NCBI GenBank assembly: GCA_014654115.1 | Contig: JACWDO010000003.1 | Span: 7,303 to 71,302 of the forward strand | Direction of reading: 5' to 3' | Source of the DNA: Pelagibacterales bacterium SAG-MED17 | Lineage (GTDB): Bacteria; Pseudomonadota; Alphaproteobacteria; Pelagibacterales; Pelagibacteraceae | Length of the DNA: 64,000 nt | Part shown: piece after piece, positions 1 to 16,550 of the stretch | Layout of the letters: every line of letters begins with the position of its first letter | Position numbering within the stretch: the stretch's first letter is position 1 | The notes under the pieces: model-generated | The model's database searches: none | Told to the model about the DNA's origin: nothing | The model's input: the letters and a program-made list of their open reading frames with translations, nothing else | Translations under genes and position numbers: made by a program

Positions 1-1
1 A

Positions 2-583
2 GATAATCAAACTGGTTATTTAAGACTTACTTCATTTAATGAAAATAGTAGTGGTCAAATTAAAGATAAAATTAAAGAGTTTAAAAAAAATGAAAATGTT
101 GAAAATTATATTTTAGATTTAAGAAATAATCCCGGTGGATTGCTTTCTCAAGCAATTAAAATTACAGATTTTTTTATAGATAGTGGAGAAATTGTTTCAA
201 CTAAAAGTAAGAGAAAATATGAAAGCCGAAAATTCTTTGCAAGAAAAGGTGATATATTGGATGGAAATACAATTGTTGTTTTAATAAATTATGGCTCAGC
301 TTCTGCATCTGAAATTGTAGCAGGAGCTCTTAAAGATCATAAAAGAGCAATAATAATTGGTGAAAATAGCTATGGAAAAGGCTCTGTGCAATCAATTATT
401 CCTCTAAAAAATAAAGGTGCTATAAGATTAACAGTATCTAAATATTATCTTCCATCTGGAAAATCTATTTCTGAAATAGGTGTCTCACCTGACATTGAAA
501 TAGCTGAAGGATCCGATGACTTTAGATTTAATACTGATACAGATAATCAACTTCAATTCGCTCTCAAACTTCTAAACGGTTAA
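2..583 (+). CDS. ctpA: Carboxyl-terminal processing protease, S41 family (5' truncated by window edge)
   Basis: Frame open from position 2; motifs DLRNNPGG, SASASEIVAGAL, YGKGSVQ. Confidence 0.9.
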   Translation, partial: DNQTGYLRLTSFNENSSGQIKDKIKEFKKNENVENYILDLRNNPGGLLSQAIKITDFFIDSGEIVSTKSKRKYESRKFFARKGDILDGNTIVVLINYGSASASEIVAGALKDHKRAIIIGENSYGKGSVQSIIPLKNKGAIRLTVSKYYLPSGKSISEIGVSPDIEIAEGSDDFRFNTDTDNQLQFALKLLNG

Positions 584-584
584 A

Positions 585-1064
585 ATGATAGAGAAATACA
601 AAAATTTACCACTCAGAAGTGGTGTTGGGATTGTTGTTTTAAATAATGAAAATAAAGTTTTTGTAGCAAAAAGAATAGATAATAAAAAAAATTTTTGGCA
701 AATGCCACAAGGTGGAGTTGATGACGGTGAAGATTTTTATGATGCGGCAATTAGAGAATTGGAAGAAGAAACTAGCATTAAATCAGTTAGTTTAATAAAA
801 AAGATTGATGGCTTACTAACTTATCATTTACCAAAAGAATTATTGGGTATTATATGGAAAGGTAAGTTTAAAGGTCAAAAACAACAATGGTATATAATGA
901 GATTTAAGGGTGACAACAAAGAAATAAATATCAGAACAAAGCATCCAGAATTTCTTGAGTGGAAGTGGGTGGATCATGATAAACTTACTAAACTTGTAGT
1001 AAAATTTAAACTACATGTATATGAAAAAATTCAAGAAGAGATTAAAAAAATTTTAGTTAATTGA
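585..1064 (+). CDS. rppH: RNA pyrophosphohydrolase (Nudix)
   Basis: WQMPQGGVDDGE..AAIRELEEET Nudix box, GQKQQW, HPEF; typical position after ctpA. Confidence 0.9.
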   Translation: MIEKYKNLPLRSGVGIVVLNNENKVFVAKRIDNKKNFWQMPQGGVDDGEDFYDAAIRELEEETSIKSVSLIKKIDGLLTYHLPKELLGIIWKGKFKGQKQQWYIMRFKGDNKEINIRTKHPEFLEWKWVDHDKLTKLVVKFKLHVYEKIQEEIKKILVN

Positions 1065-1444
1065 TTTTAGTACTTCAACTTTTTGATCTAGCAGATATTT
1101 TTCTTGATCACTAATTTCAGACTTGTTCAATTCCTCTTCGGCAGATTTCTGAATTTCTGAAATTTTTTCTTTATCAATATCTTTTAAATTTAAAATAAGA
1201 CTTGTAAGTATAGAAAGATTATTGTTTTTAAATTCAATTATTCCATCGTTTACATAAAAACTTTCTTCACCAGACTTTGAAAATATTTTAATTATTCCTG
1301 GTTTTAAAAAAGAAATAATAGAGATATGGTCTTTTAAAATTCCTATCTCACCTTCGAATGCAGGAACAACTACTTCGGTTACATCATCTTTTGATAGAAA
1401 TGATTTCTCTGGGTTTACTATTTCTACAGAATATTCTTCACTCA

Positions 1445-1445
<1 letters not shown>
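1053..1445 (-). CDS. atpC: ATP synthase F1 epsilon subunit
   Basis: IVNPEK, VPAFEGEIGILKDH; last gene of F1 operon. Confidence 0.93.
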
Positions 1446-3741
<2,296 letters not shown>

Positions 3742-3747
3742 TATTTT

Positions 3748-5283
3748 TTATGAGTTAAAGTTTTTCTTTAGCTGAAGAATAATTTCATTCAATTCTTTTT
3801 CTTTATCATCCTCTAATTTTCCCGAAGATGTAATTGACTCAATTATATCTGGTTTTTCAGATTTACATTTTTCCAAAATTTTATTTTCAAAACTTGCAAT
3901 ATCCTTCTGCTCTATGTCATCAAGGTGTCCTCTCACTCCACAAAACACAGAAATAACTTGTTCTGCAACTGTCATTGGTGAATATTGATTTTGCTTTAAA
4001 AGTTCTGTTAATTTTGAACCTCTATTGAGTAATTTTTGAGTTGATGCATCAAGGTCAGAACCAAATTGTGCAAATGCAGCCATTTCACGATATTGAGCAA
4101 GCTCTAACTTCATTGAACCTGACACTTTTTTCATGGCCTTTGTTTGAGCAGAAGATCCAACTCTTGATACAGATAATCCAACATTAATTGCTGGTCTAAT
4201 ACCTTGGTTAAAGAGTTCAGTTTCAAGGAATATTTGTCCATCAGTAATTGAAATTACGTTTGTTGGTATAAATGCAGAAACGTCACCACCTTGAGTTTCG
4301 ATGATTGGAAGAGCTGTTAAAGACCCACCTCCATGTTCATCACTTAGTTTTGCTGCTCTTTCTAATAATCTACTGTGTAAGTAAAAGACGTCACCAGGAT
4401 ATGCTTCTCTTCCTGGGGGTCTTCTTAATAAAAGAGACATTTGCCTATAAGCCACTGCTTGTTTTGATAAATCATCATAAATTATTAAAGCGTGCATTCC
4501 ATTATCTCTAAAATATTCTCCCATCGTACATCCGGTATATGGCGCCAAAAACTGTAAAGGTGCTGCATCTGATGCTGTTGCTGCAACAATTGTGGTGTAT
4601 TCCATCGCACCAGCTTCTTCCAATGTTTTTTCGATTTGTCTAACCGTAGATCTTTTTTGACCAACAGCTACATAAATACAATATAATTTCTTCTTTTCAT
4701 CTCCAGACTCATTAATTTTTTTTTGATTTATAATGGCATCAATAGCAACTGCTGTTTTACCAGTTTGTCTATCTCCAATAATTAATTCTCTTTGTCCTCT
4801 TCCAATTGGGACTAGACTATCAATTGATTTAAGTCCGGTCTGCATTGGTTCGCTAACTGATTTACGTGGAATTATTCCTGGAGCTTTTACTTCAACCCTG
4901 CTTCTTTTTAAACTTTTATCTAATGCACCCTTTCCATCGATTGGGTTTCCTAAACCATCTACTACTCTTCCAAGTAATTCTTTTCCAACTGGTGTATCGA
5001 CAATTGCACCTGTCCGTTTTACAGTATCACCTTCTTTAACTGATCTGTCATCTCCAAAAATAACGACACCCACATTTTCACTTTCTAAGTTTAAAGCCAT
5101 TCCTTTTGAGCCATCAGCGAATTCAACCATTTCTCCAGCTTGAACGTTATCCAATCCATAAATTCTTGCTATACCATCTCCTACTGATAAAACCTGACCT
5201 ACCTCTGTAACTTCAGCTTTATCACCGAATTTTTTTATTTGCTCTTTTAATATTTTTGTAACTTCTGAAGGATTTATTTCCAT
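3748..5283 (-). CDS. atpA: ATP synthase F1 alpha subunit
   Basis: [29 protein letters not shown]. Confidence 0.99.
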   Translation of the reverse strand: MEINPSEVTKILKEQIKKFGDKAEVTEVGQVLSVGDGIARIYGLDNVQAGEMVEFADGSKGMALNLESENVGVVIFGDDRSVKEGDTVKRTGAIVDTPVGKELLGRVVDGLGNPIDGKGALDKSLKRSRVEVKAPGIIPRKSVSEPMQTGLKSIDSLVPIGRGQRELIIGDRQTGKTAVAIDAIINQKKINESGDEKKKLYCIYVAVGQKRSTVRQIEKTLEEAGAMEYTTIVAATASDAAPLQFLAPYTGCTMGEYFRDNGMHALIIYDDLSKQAVAYRQMSLLLRRPPGREAYPGDVFYLHSRLLERAAKLSDEHGGGSLTALPIIETQGGDVSAFIPTNVISITDGQIFLETELFNQGIRPAINVGLSVSRVGSSAQTKAMKKVSGSMKLELAQYREMAAFAQFGSDLDASTQKLLNRGSKLTELLKQNQYSPMTVAEQVISVFCGVRGHLDDIEQKDIASFENKILEKCKSEKPDIIESITSSGKLEDDKEKELNEIILQLKKNFNS

Positions 5284-5841
5284 TTAAGCCTCTATCATTG
5301 TATTTTGGATTTGTTGTAATTTATTTTTAATAGAGGTATCTACCATAACACTTCCAACTTGTATTACCAATCCTCCAATTAAACTTTTATCATATTTATA
5401 GTCTAATTTTATTTTTGCGTTAAAATTTTGAGACAATTCATCTTTTATTTTACTTACTTGCTCTCCTGATAATTCTTTAGAAGAAATTAATTCTGCTTTA
5501 ACTTCTCCTCTTTTTTTTGAACATGTATCAACAAAATCTTGAAGAATCGTTTTTACATAAAAAAATCTTCTTTTTGAAATTAAAAAACCTAAAAATTTTG
5601 ACAACAATATATTTAGTTTAAAGCTATCAGTAATCTTATTAATTACATTCGTTAAGTCATTTACTGAATTAGTTGGGTCTTTTATTAATGAATTAAAATC
5701 TTTACTCTCATCTATTAATTTCAATAGTGATAACGATTGATTTTCGACCTCATCAACAGAATTATTTTCCTTGGATAGCTCATAAAGAGCTAGGGAGTAT
5801 CTACCTGCTGTAGTGACTGAAAAACTGTTATTTTTGCTCAA
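5284..5841 (-). CDS. atpH: ATP synthase F1 delta subunit
   Basis: AGRYSLALY, DKSLIGG..VGSVMVDTSI; operon position. Confidence 0.95.
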   Translation of the reverse strand: MSKNNSFSVTTAGRYSLALYELSKENNSVDEVENQSLSLLKLIDESKDFNSLIKDPTNSVNDLTNVINKITDSFKLNILLSKFLGFLISKRRFFYVKTILQDFVDTCSKKRGEVKAELISSKELSGEQVSKIKDELSQNFNAKIKLDYKYDKSLIGGLVIQVGSVMVDTSIKNKLQQIQNTMIEA

Positions 5842-5939
5842 TTTAGACTCTTTATATTTAGAAGATTTTTTGGATTAAGTAGCATATGAGTTTGATGTCT
5901 TCAAGTAACAGATTGACTAATTATTGTCTAATTTGTCAA

Positions 5940-7895
5940 TTAATTAAAGGTTATTGGGTCAACATCAACTGTTAGTTTTATTTCTTTAGGTAATTTATAT
6001 GCAATTAAGATTTCGCTCAGTCTTTTTTGAATATTTGAGCCCTTTTTAGATCTTATCAAAAGTCTTTGCCTATACTTTCTCTTAACTCGATATATAGGTG
6101 CATTAACAGGTCCCAAAACTTTATCATTTAAGGACTTTAATAGCATTTTTTTTATGTTCATTGATTCTTTTTCTAAATTTTTTTCATTTATTGAAGAAAG
6201 TATCAATGAAACAAACCTTTCATAAGGTGGTAGATTATTTTTCTCTCTTAATTTTAATTCATTTTCTAAAAAAATAAATGGATCAGGGTTTGTTATTTGA
6301 TTTATAATCCTTTGGTTTGAGTTATATGTTTGAAAATATACTGTAGCAGGTTTACCAGTTCTGCCAGCTCTGCCAGATAATTGGTGATAAAGTTGTAAAT
6401 TTTTTTCTGCAGTTCTTAAATCATGTCCATTTGAATTAAGGTCAATATCTAAAATTACAATACAGTTTAATTTTGGAAAATGAAAACCCTTTGAGATTAA
6501 TTGCGTTCCAATAAGAATATCAATCTTTCCTTTAACTATATCCTCTAATTTATTTTTAGAAGATTTTTTATTCATTGTGTCACTTGAAAAAATTAACATT
6601 TTCTTACTTGGGAATTTAAGCTTGACCTCTTCAGAAATTCTCTCAACACCTGGACCACTAAAGACAAAATCACATGTCTCACCTTTCTTACAATTTCTGT
6701 TTAATTGTGATTGAAAACCACAATAATGACAAAGTAATTTATTTTTATGTTTGTGATATACTAAATTTATAGAACAATTTGGACAGGAAAAAACATTTAA
6801 ACATTTTTTACAAAGAGCGTACGGAGCAAAACCCCTTCTATTAATAAAAAATAATACTTGGTCATTTTTTTTTAAGTGACTGTTTACTTTTTCTAAAGTT
6901 TCATTAGCAATCCACGATTGTTTATCTAAAATATTTTTTTTTAAATCTATTATTTCATATGAAGGTAAATTTGCATCTTTATATCTTTTAGTTAAACGTG
7001 ACACAGAATATTTTTTTTTCTTGATATTTGCATATGTTTCAATTGAAGGGACAGCAGTGACAAGATTAATAGGGATATTTTCAAAATTAGCTCTAGCAAT
7101 TGCCATGTCTCTTGCATTATAAATTACGCCCTCATCCTGTTTGAATGATTGATCATGCTCTTCGTCTACAATAATAATTCCAAGGTTTTTAAATGGCAAA
7201 AATAATGAGGAACGAGCTCCAATAATTACATTAATTTTCCCTGATGATATTCCACTCCATATTATTTTCTTTTTTTTAGGTGTTACGCCAGAGTGCCATA
7301 CTGCAGCACTGAAACCAAAAAATTCCTTAAATTTATTTTCAAATTCTGCAGTTAAGCCAATTTCAGGTAACAGAATCATTGCTTGAAGCCCTTTTTCTAA
7401 CAATTGTTTTATGTGTTTAAAATAAACAATTGTTTTTCCTGACCCTGTGGTCCCTTGCAGAAGATGAACTCTAAATTTATTATTTTTTTTTGACATTTCA
7501 TCAAGAGTTTCTCTTTGATCTGAAGAAAGAGTAAAATTATTAACAAATTTTTTTTTATTATAAGATTGATAGTCCTCATCTTCAAAATTAGTAATTGCTT
7601 CTCCACTAAGTAAAAGTAATTTTAAACACATTCCTTTTGGTACTAAGTTATATTCTGAAAACCAATTTAAAAAGGTTATTGTTTCTTTTTTAAGTGACTC
7701 AATTTCTATTTTTTTAAGAATTTTTTTTATTTGAAAATTCTTATTATTTTTTTTTTCAAATGAATTCCAAACAACTCCTGTTATTTTTGATTTACCAAAA
7801 GGTACGTAAACATAATCTCCAACTTTGAGATCTAAGTCACTTTCATAAGTAAAAGGGAAATTAAATATATTGGGTATTAAAATAGGATATTTCAT
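5940..7895 (-). CDS. priA: Primosomal protein N' (replication restart helicase)
   Basis: GTTGSGKT, DEEH, Cys-rich CxxC zinc region, QLSGRAGR, VDVDP C-terminus. Confidence 0.96.
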   Translation of the reverse strand: MKYPILIPNIFNFPFTYESDLDLKVGDYVYVPFGKSKITGVVWNSFEKKNNKNFQIKKILKKIEIESLKKETITFLNWFSEYNLVPKGMCLKLLLLSGEAITNFEDEDYQSYNKKKFVNNFTLSSDQRETLDEMSKKNNKFRVHLLQGTTGSGKTIVYFKHIKQLLEKGLQAMILLPEIGLTAEFENKFKEFFGFSAAVWHSGVTPKKKKIIWSGISSGKINVIIGARSSLFLPFKNLGIIIVDEEHDQSFKQDEGVIYNARDMAIARANFENIPINLVTAVPSIETYANIKKKKYSVSRLTKRYKDANLPSYEIIDLKKNILDKQSWIANETLEKVNSHLKKNDQVLFFINRRGFAPYALCKKCLNVFSCPNCSINLVYHKHKNKLLCHYCGFQSQLNRNCKKGETCDFVFSGPGVERISEEVKLKFPSKKMLIFSSDTMNKKSSKNKLEDIVKGKIDILIGTQLISKGFHFPKLNCIVILDIDLNSNGHDLRTAEKNLQLYHQLSGRAGRTGKPATVYFQTYNSNQRIINQITNPDPFIFLENELKLREKNNLPPYERFVSLILSSINEKNLEKESMNIKKMLLKSLNDKVLGPVNAPIYRVKRKYRQRLLIRSKKGSNIQKRLSEILIAYKLPKEIKLTVDVDPITFN

Positions 7896-7914
7896 AAATA
7901 AATTATGAAATATA

Positions 7915-9309
7915 TTATGAATGAATTTGTCTTTTATCTACAGATAAAGCAGCTTCTTTTATAGCTTCTGAAAAAGTAGGATGGGCGTGACATGTTCTTG
8001 CAATATCCTCAGAACTAGCGCCAAATTCCATTGCCACAGACATTTCAGCAATCATTTCTCCAGCATGAGGACCAATAATATGAACTCCTAGCACTCTATC
8101 AGTTGTACTCTCAGCTAATATTTTAACGAATCCCTCTGGCTCATTTATTGCTTTGGCTCTCGAGTTTGCCATAAACGGAAATTTACCAACTTTGAATTTT
8201 ATTTTTTCTTCTTTTAATTCCTCTTCATTTTTACCAATATATGCAACCTCGGGTGAAGTATAAATTACACCAGGAATAATATCATAATTTACATGACCAG
8301 ACTGTCCAGCAATTAGTTCTGCTACTGCTATTCCCTCCTCCTCAGCTTTGTGAGCTAACATTGGTCCATCTATCACATCTCCTATTGCATAAACATTTTC
8401 TACATTGGTTTCAAAATTTTTGTTAACTATAATTTTTACTTTTTTATCAAGATTTACACCTATTTTTTCTAAATTTAATTTATCTGTATATGGTTTTCTT
8501 CCCACAGAAATCAAAACTACATCAGCTTCAATTTTATTTTTTGAGTCTTTACTCGAAGTTTCTATGACTACCCCCTCATCACTTTTGGTGATTTTTTCAA
8601 CTTTAGTATTTAATTCAAATTTAATATTTTGTTTTTTTAGTATTTTCATAAATTCATTTGAAACTTCTTTATCAAGACCAGGTGTGATGTGATCTAAATA
8701 TTCTATGACTTGGACTTCAGTACCCAATCTTGACCAAACAGAACCCATCTCTAATCCAATATATCCACCACCAACAATAACCATTTTTTTTGGAAGTTTA
8801 GAAATATTAAGAGCTCCTGTTGATGAAAGAATTTTTCTTTCATCAAAATCTATTCCAGGAAGTGATAGAGGTTCTGATCCTGTGCTTATTATAGTTTTAT
8901 CAGTTTTAATTGTTAATTCTGATTTATCATTTTTAACTAAAATTTCGTTTTTTCCATTAAAAGATCCCACTCCTTTAATATAAGTAACTTTGTTTTTTTT
9001 GAATAAGAACTCCACTCCTTTTGTAAGTGTTGCAACAGAGCTATCTTTATTGCTCATCATTTTTTCAAGATTCAGCTTAATTTCTCCAGTTTCAATACCA
9101 ATATCAGAGAAGTTTTTAGCTCTATGAAAGCTTTCTGACATATTTAAAAGGCTTTTAGATGGTATACAGCCTATATTTAAACAAGTTCCTCCTAAAGATC
9201 CTCTGGACTCTACACATGCAGTTTTTAATCCTAATTGAGATAATCTAATTGCACATACATATCCTGCAGGTCCTCCTCCAATTACAGTTACATCAAATTT
9301 TTCAGTCAT
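7915..9309 (-). CDS. lpdA: Dihydrolipoyl dehydrogenase (E3)
   Basis: GGGPAG, GGTCLNIGCIPSK, HAHPTFSE. Confidence 0.97.
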   Translation of the reverse strand: MTEKFDVTVIGGGPAGYVCAIRLSQLGLKTACVESRGSLGGTCLNIGCIPSKSLLNMSESFHRAKNFSDIGIETGEIKLNLEKMMSNKDSSVATLTKGVEFLFKKNKVTYIKGVGSFNGKNEILVKNDKSELTIKTDKTIISTGSEPLSLPGIDFDERKILSSTGALNISKLPKKMVIVGGGYIGLEMGSVWSRLGTEVQVIEYLDHITPGLDKEVSNEFMKILKKQNIKFELNTKVEKITKSDEGVVIETSSKDSKNKIEADVVLISVGRKPYTDKLNLEKIGVNLDKKVKIIVNKNFETNVENVYAIGDVIDGPMLAHKAEEEGIAVAELIAGQSGHVNYDIIPGVIYTSPEVAYIGKNEEELKEEKIKFKVGKFPFMANSRAKAINEPEGFVKILAESTTDRVLGVHIIGPHAGEMIAEMSVAMEFGASSEDIARTCHAHPTFSEAIKEAALSVDKRQIHS

Positions 9310-10631
9310 TAAATGTTTAAAAATAATCTTCTAGGGTCTTCTAAGTTTTCTTTTACAGTTTTTAAGAATGACACAGATTCCTTTCCATCAATAATTCTAT
9401 GATCATATGACAGAGCCAAATACATAATTGGTTTTATTTTAATCTCACCATTAACATTTACTGGTCTATCAATAATATTATGCATGCCTAATACACCTGA
9501 TTGAGGAGGGTTTAAAATTGGTGTTGAAAGCATTGAACCATATACACCTCCATTGCTAATTGTAAATGTACCTCCCTGCAATTCCTCAATTGTTAGGCTA
9601 CCATTGTTTGCTTTTTCAGATAATTTTTTTATTTCTTTTTCTATTTCAGCAAATGACATCTCATCAGCATTTCTAAGCACTGGAACAACTAATCCTTTTT
9701 CAGTTCCAACAGCAAAGCTTATGTTATAATAGTTTTTATAAATTATATCCTGATCTTCAATTTCAGCATTAATTGCTGGAAAAAGTTTAAGTCCAACTAC
9801 ACAAGCTTTAACAAAAAATGACATAAGACCTAATTTAATTCCATATCTACTTTTGAAATCTTCTTGATTGTCTTTTCTCATTACCATAATACCTGACATA
9901 TCTACCTCGTTAAATGTAGTTAACATTGCAGCATTTTCTTGTGCTTGTTTCAATCTTTTAGCAATGGTTTGTCTTAATCGTGTCATTTTAATTCTCTCTT
10001 CTTCACCGTATTTAATTCTTCTTTGGTTAGGTTGCGGATTAGCACCCATCATACTAATTAGATCACCTTTTAAAATTCTTCCTGCTTTTCCTGTTCCTTT
10101 TACATTATCTAAGTTGATATTTTTTTCGGCTACTATTCTTCTAACTGCAGGTGAAAGAACAATTGGTTGTTGTGAAATTTCTTCATCTTTAACTTCATCA
10201 CTCAAAAGTAATGGTTCTTCCTCTAATAGTCCCATAGAATTATCTTCTTTTAAAACTAACGGCTCCTCTAATTTGATTTGAGATTTTTTTTCTATTTCTA
10301 AGTTTATTACGTTACTTTCCTTATCTATTAATTCTTTCTCTTCATTTTTTTCAGGGTGTTTTTTAGTTTCAACTTCTTTTTTTATTTCTACATTACCTTC
10401 GGAAATTGAACCCAAAATAGCTCCAACCTCAACTGTATCACCATCTTTAAAACTAATTTCTGATAATATCCCACTTATTGGGGAAGGAACCTCTAAATTT
10501 ACTTTATCGGTTTCTAGTTCTACTATTGCTTCATCAGCCTCAACTGTTTCACCTTTTTTTTTCAACCATTTAGAAACTGTTGCTTCTGTTATACTTTCAC
10601 CTAATGCAGGAACTAAAATTTTTTTACTCAT
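9309..10631 (-). CDS. sucB: 2-oxoglutarate dehydrogenase E2, dihydrolipoyl succinyltransferase
   Basis: Lipoyl domain [15 protein letters not shown]. Confidence 0.97.
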   Translation of the reverse strand: MSKKILVPALGESITEATVSKWLKKKGETVEADEAIVELETDKVNLEVPSPISGILSEISFKDGDTVEVGAILGSISEGNVEIKKEVETKKHPEKNEEKELIDKESNVINLEIEKKSQIKLEEPLVLKEDNSMGLLEEEPLLLSDEVKDEEISQQPIVLSPAVRRIVAEKNINLDNVKGTGKAGRILKGDLISMMGANPQPNQRRIKYGEEERIKMTRLRQTIAKRLKQAQENAAMLTTFNEVDMSGIMVMRKDNQEDFKSRYGIKLGLMSFFVKACVVGLKLFPAINAEIEDQDIIYKNYYNISFAVGTEKGLVVPVLRNADEMSFAEIEKEIKKLSEKANNGSLTIEELQGGTFTISNGGVYGSMLSTPILNPPQSGVLGMHNIIDRPVNVNGEIKIKPIMYLALSYDHRIIDGKESVSFLKTVKENLEDPRRLFLNI

Positions 10632-13510
10632 TAATTAAATACTTCATTTATAATTTCTTGTTGTTCAATTTGATGTCTTTTAGCATATCCTGTAGCTGGC
10701 GATGCATCAGGACTTCTTCCAATATAAGAAATTTGATTATTTTTAGCTTCAATAGTGTCCAATGTCCATTGTATATAATCTCTCACTGAAAACCATGCAC
10801 CCATATTTTTTGGCTCTTCCTGACACCAATAGAAATTGGCATTTTTAGCGTATGGTTTAAGTTCTTTTACTAAACTCTTCGCTGGAAAAGGATAAAGTTG
10901 CTCTATTCTAAACATTACCACATCATCCCTTTTTAGCTTTTCTCTAGCATTTAAAAGATCGAAGTATACCTTTCCTGAACAGATTATAACTTTTTTAATT
11001 TCACTAGTTTTTTTTAATTTAATAAAATTTTTTGATTGATCACTTAATGCATGATCCCACATTATTCGGTGAAATGATGTTTGTTTCGCAAAATCATCAA
11101 TTGTAGATACACAAAACTTGTTTCTTAACAGAGATTTAGGTGTCATGATTACAAGTGGTTTTCTAAAATCACGGTGTATTTGTCTACGTAAAGCGTGAAA
11201 ATAATTTGCTGGTGTTGTACAATTCATAACTTGAAGATTATCATTTGCACACAATTGTAAAAATCTTTCAAGTCTAGCAGATGAATGTTCGGGCCCTTGA
11301 CCTTCATAACCATGAGGTAATAACATTACCAAACCTGAAGCTCTTTGCCATTTTCTTTCACCAGAAGCAATAAATTGATCAATTATAACTTGCGCACCAT
11401 TAGCAAAATCACCAAACTGCGCTTCCCAAAGTGTAAGAGTATTTGGCTCTACTAAACTATATCCATATTCAAATCCTAAAACTGCAAGTTCTGATAAAAA
11501 ACTATCAACAATTTCAAAATTTTTTTGTTGTTTTGAAATATTATTTAATGGAATATATCTAGAATTATTCATTTGGTCTCTTAAAACTGAATGTCTCTGA
11601 CTAAATGTTCCTCTTCCAGAATCTTGTCCTACAAATCGAACAGGAAATCCTTCATCTAATAATGAACCAAATGCTAAAGACTCAGCTGTAGACCAGTCAA
11701 TATTTACACCATCATCAACAGATTTTTTTCTATTTTGCAAAATTTTGTTAATTGTTTTGTGAATACTTATTTCAGCTGGAACAACATTTATTTTATCTGA
11801 AATATTTTTAAGTATTGTTTTATCTGCTCCGGTAATACCTCTTTTATCTTTTCCTTTTTTTGGTTTATAGCTAGACCAGGCTCCTTCAAACCATTCAATT
11901 TTAGGATTATAATCTTTAGCTGTTTTAAATTGATCATCTAGAAGATCTTTAAATTTTTTTATTTGATCATTTAAGCCCTCTTTAGATATTAAATTTTCGT
12001 TAATAAGTTTAGATCCATATATATTCGCTGTTGATTGATGTGATCTAATTTTTTTATACATCAATGGCTGGGTGAATGATGGCTCATCTCCCTCATTATG
12101 TCCAAATCGTCTATAACAAACTAAGTCGATAACCACATCTCTGTTAAACTGCAATCTAAACTCAGTAGCGATTCTTGATCCATAAACAACAGCTTCTGGG
12201 TCATCTCCATTGACATGGATGATAGGTGCATCAACCATTTTAGCAATATCTGAGGGGTGAGGTGAGGATCTTGCAAACCTTGGACTTGTAGTAAATCCTA
12301 TTTGATTATTTACTATTATGTGAATAGTTCCGCCTGTGTTGTGTCCTGGTAAACCTGACATTGCAAAACATTCAGCAACAATACCCTGTCCAGCAAAAGC
12401 AGCATCCCCATGTATTAAAATTGGAATTACTTTATTTCTTTCAGCATCTTTATGAAAAAATTGTTTTGCTCTAGTCTGACCTAACACAACTGGATTAACT
12501 GCTTCCAAGTGTGAAGGGTTATCTGTTAAACTCACATGAACAGAATTTCCGTCAAATTCTCTATCAGATGAAGCTCCCAAATGATATTTTACATCCCCAG
12601 CACTATCCTCGTCTGTATTATTTATTTCACCTGCAAATTCGTTAAATATTCTTTTGTATGACTTTTGTAAAACGTTAGCTAAAACATTTAGTCTTCCTCT
12701 GTGAGACATTCCAATTTTAACCTCTTTAATCTTAGATTGGCTCCCAATTTTTATAATTTGTTCCAAACCTGGAATTAAGCTTTCACCTCCATCTAAACCA
12801 AATCTTTTAGACCCAACGTATTTAGTGTGTAAAAATTTTTCAAATCCCTCGGCTTGAATCAATTTATTTAAAATTGCACTTTTGCCATTTTCTGTAAATT
12901 TTAATGCATTTTCATCTTTTTCCACTCTGTCCCTAAACCATTTTCTCTCTGTTGGATTTGATATATGCATATATTCATAACCAACTGATCCACAATAAGT
13001 TTTTCTAAGTATGGATAAAATTTCTCTTATGTTTGAATACTCTTTATTTAAAACACCATCTAAATATATTTTCTTATCATAATCTTCTTTATTAAAACCA
13101 TAATTTTCTGGGTGTAATTCATCTAAGTATTCACTTTCTCTTATTTCAAGTGGGTCTAGTTTAGAAAGTAGATGTCCTCTTTGTCTATAAGATCTAATAA
13201 GCGAAACAGCTCTTATTGAATTACTATTATCAGCTATAACATCAGCATGATTAACTTTTAGACTAGAATCTTCTTTTTTTAATTCTATATTTTCTTTAAT
13301 TTTTACTTTTTTTGGACTCCATGAAGGACCTTTTATTTCTTTAACAACAGCGTCTAAATCTTCACCGATATCAATAAAATATTCTTTCCACCCATTTGGT
13401 AGGCTAGGGTCTTTATTTATAAACTTTACATACATTTGCTCAATAAATGCATTGTTTGATTTATTTAAAAATGAAGTTTTTTTGTACTCAAGATTTTTGG
13501 AAGCTGACAT
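10631..13510 (-). CDS. sucA: 2-oxoglutarate dehydrogenase E1
   Basis: [39 protein letters not shown]. Confidence 0.98.
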   Translation of the reverse strand: MSASKNLEYKKTSFLNKSNNAFIEQMYVKFINKDPSLPNGWKEYFIDIGEDLDAVVKEIKGPSWSPKKVKIKENIELKKEDSSLKVNHADVIADNSNSIRAVSLIRSYRQRGHLLSKLDPLEIRESEYLDELHPENYGFNKEDYDKKIYLDGVLNKEYSNIREILSILRKTYCGSVGYEYMHISNPTERKWFRDRVEKDENALKFTENGKSAILNKLIQAEGFEKFLHTKYVGSKRFGLDGGESLIPGLEQIIKIGSQSKIKEVKIGMSHRGRLNVLANVLQKSYKRIFNEFAGEINNTDEDSAGDVKYHLGASSDREFDGNSVHVSLTDNPSHLEAVNPVVLGQTRAKQFFHKDAERNKVIPILIHGDAAFAGQGIVAECFAMSGLPGHNTGGTIHIIVNNQIGFTTSPRFARSSPHPSDIAKMVDAPIIHVNGDDPEAVVYGSRIATEFRLQFNRDVVIDLVCYRRFGHNEGDEPSFTQPLMYKKIRSHQSTANIYGSKLINENLISKEGLNDQIKKFKDLLDDQFKTAKDYNPKIEWFEGAWSSYKPKKGKDKRGITGADKTILKNISDKINVVPAEISIHKTINKILQNRKKSVDDGVNIDWSTAESLAFGSLLDEGFPVRFVGQDSGRGTFSQRHSVLRDQMNNSRYIPLNNISKQQKNFEIVDSFLSELAVLGFEYGYSLVEPNTLTLWEAQFGDFANGAQVIIDQFIASGERKWQRASGLVMLLPHGYEGQGPEHSSARLERFLQLCANDNLQVMNCTTPANYFHALRRQIHRDFRKPLVIMTPKSLLRNKFCVSTIDDFAKQTSFHRIMWDHALSDQSKNFIKLKKTSEIKKVIICSGKVYFDLLNAREKLKRDDVVMFRIEQLYPFPAKSLVKELKPYAKNANFYWCQEEPKNMGAWFSVRDYIQWTLDTIEAKNNQISYIGRSPDASPATGYAKRHQIEQQEIINEVFN

Positions 13511-13545
13511 ATTTATTATTTAAATATTATACAAACAAAATGTTA

Positions 13546-14421
13546 TCAATTAGACAATTTATTTAGAAGAGTTTTTCCAATATCAGAGGGAGAATTGGCA
13601 ACAGTAATACCGCAATCTTGCATGGTTTTTATCTTATCTTCAGCATTTCCTTTGCCACCTGAAATAATAGCACCAGCATGTCCCATTCTTCTTCCTGGTG
13701 GAGCAGTTACTCCAGCTATAAATCCAACAATTGGTTTTTTTATTTTATGATTTTTTACAAATTCTGCTGCTTCTTCTTCAGCAGTTCCACCTATTTCTCC
13801 AATCATTAGTATAGACTCTGTTTGATCATCATTTAAAAATAAATCAAGGCAATCAATGAAATTAGTTCCATTAATTGGATCACCACCAATTCCTATACAT
13901 GTTGATTGGCCAAGATTGTTCTCAGTTGTTTGAGCAACTGCCTCATAGGTTAGTGTTCCTGATCTTGATACAATTCCAACTGAACCTTTTTTATGAATAT
14001 TGCCTGGCATAATTCCAATTTTACATTCGTTAGGTGTTATTATTCCTGGACAATTTGGGCCAATTAATCTGGAGTTGGAATTTTGTAATTTTTTTTTTAC
14101 CTTTAACATATCTAAAATTGGTATTCCTTCACTTATACAAACAATTAATTCAATAGATGCGTCGATGGCTTCAATGATGGCTGATGAAGCAAACTTTGCA
14201 GGCACATATATCATTGTTGCATCTGCACCAGTGGCATCTTTTGCTTCTTTAACGGTGTTAAACACTGGTCTTTCTAAATGAATTTGTCCACCTTTTTTTG
14301 GTGTCACTCCCCCAACTAAGTTTGTTCCATATTTAATAGATTGTTCAGAATGAAAAGTACCATGAGATCCTGTAAAACCTTGGCAAATTACTTTTGTATT
14401 TTTATCAATTAATACTGACAT
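13546..14421 (-). CDS. sucD: Succinyl-CoA ligase alpha subunit
   Basis: QGFTG, GPNCPG, RMGHAGA. Confidence 0.98.
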   Translation of the reverse strand: MSVLIDKNTKVICQGFTGSHGTFHSEQSIKYGTNLVGGVTPKKGGQIHLERPVFNTVKEAKDATGADATMIYVPAKFASSAIIEAIDASIELIVCISEGIPILDMLKVKKKLQNSNSRLIGPNCPGIITPNECKIGIMPGNIHKKGSVGIVSRSGTLTYEAVAQTTENNLGQSTCIGIGGDPINGTNFIDCLDLFLNDDQTESILMIGEIGGTAEEEAAEFVKNHKIKKPIVGFIAGVTAPPGRRMGHAGAIISGGKGNAEDKIKTMQDCGITVANSPSDIGKTLLNKLSN

Positions 14422-15581
14422 TATTTTATTGCCTCTACAACTTTTTTAGCAGCATCTGCTAAGTCATTTGCAGATATAATTTTTAGACCAGAATTCTTTA
14501 ATATCTTTTTTCCTTCTTCAAAATTTGTTCCTGCCAATCTTACTACTAATGGCACTTTAATTTTAATTTCTTTTGCTGCATCTACAACACCTTGCGCAAG
14601 TACATCACATCTCATAATTCCACCAAAAATATTTATCAATATTCCTCTAACATTTTTATCTGATAAAATAATTTTGAATGCAGCAGAAACTTTTTCTTTT
14701 GATGCTCCACCTCCTACATCTAAAAAATTAGCAGGTTCTTCCCCATAAAGTTTTATGATATCCATTGTAGCCATTGCTAATCCTGCACCATTGACCATAC
14801 ATCCTATGCTTCCATCTAATTTTATATATGCCAAATCATGTTTGCTTGCTTCAATTTCAGTGGCCTCTTCTTCATTATAGTCTCTTAATTCTTGTATCTC
14901 AGGATGTTTGAACAATGCATTTTCATCAAATGTCATTTTTGCATCAAGACAAACTACTTTATTTTCTTTAGTTAAAATAAGTGGGTTTATCTCTACTAAA
15001 TTTGCATCATTTTCTATGAACATTTTATAAATTGCTTTTATTAAACTTATAGTTTCTAAGTTGGAACTATCATCTAATTCAAAAACCTTAATAATTTTTT
15101 TACAATCTTCTTCTGAAATTTCTTGGTTAAAGTCTACTTTAGTTGTTAAAATTTTTTCAGGTGTATTTTGAGCTACTTCTTCAATGTTCATTCCTCCTTG
15201 ATCACTTGAAATAAATGCAATTTTTGAACTTGCTCTATCAACTAAACAAGAAAGATAAAATTCTTTGCTAATATTAGATACTTCCTCGACATACAGTCTT
15301 TTTACTTCTCTACCTAAAGGTCCTGTTTGATGAGTAATTAAGTTTTTGCCAAGCAAAATATTTGCCTCTTTCTCCAAATTTTCTAAATTATTTACAATTT
15401 TTACTCCACCAGCCTTGCCTCTTCCTCCAGCATGAATTTGAGCTTTAAGAACATACTTATCAGTTTTCAATTCTTTAGCTTTCAGTAAAAGATCGGATAC
15501 ATTAAACGCAAATACTCCCTCAGGGACATTTGCTCCATATTTTTTAAGAATTTGTTTTGCTTGGTGCTCGTGAATATTCAT
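14421..15581 (-). CDS. sucC: Succinyl-CoA ligase beta subunit
   Basis: [32 protein letters not shown]. Confidence 0.98.
   Translation of the reverse strand: MNIHEHQAKQILKKYGANVPEGVFAFNVSDLLLKAKELKTDKYVLKAQIHAGGRGKAGGVKIVNNLENLEKEANILLGKNLITHQTGPLGREVKRLYVEEVSNISKEFYLSCLVDRASSKIAFISSDQGGMNIEEVAQNTPEKILTTKVDFNQEISEEDCKKIIKVFELDDSSNLETISLIKAIYKMFIENDANLVEINPLILTKENKVVCLDAKMTFDENALFKHPEIQELRDYNEEEATEIEASKHDLAYIKLDGSIGCMVNGAGLAMATMDIIKLYGEEPANFLDVGGGASKEKVSAAFKIILSDKNVRGILINIFGGIMRCDVLAQGVVDAAKEIKIKVPLVVRLAGTNFEEGKKILKNSGLKIISANDLADAAKKVVEAIK

Positions 15582-16550
<969 letters not shown>

Noticed and set aside
5912-5940. Inverted repeat attgactaatt/aatttgtcaat between priA and atpH
   Set aside because: AT-rich with one mismatch and no U tract; cannot be distinguished from chance or a weak terminator.
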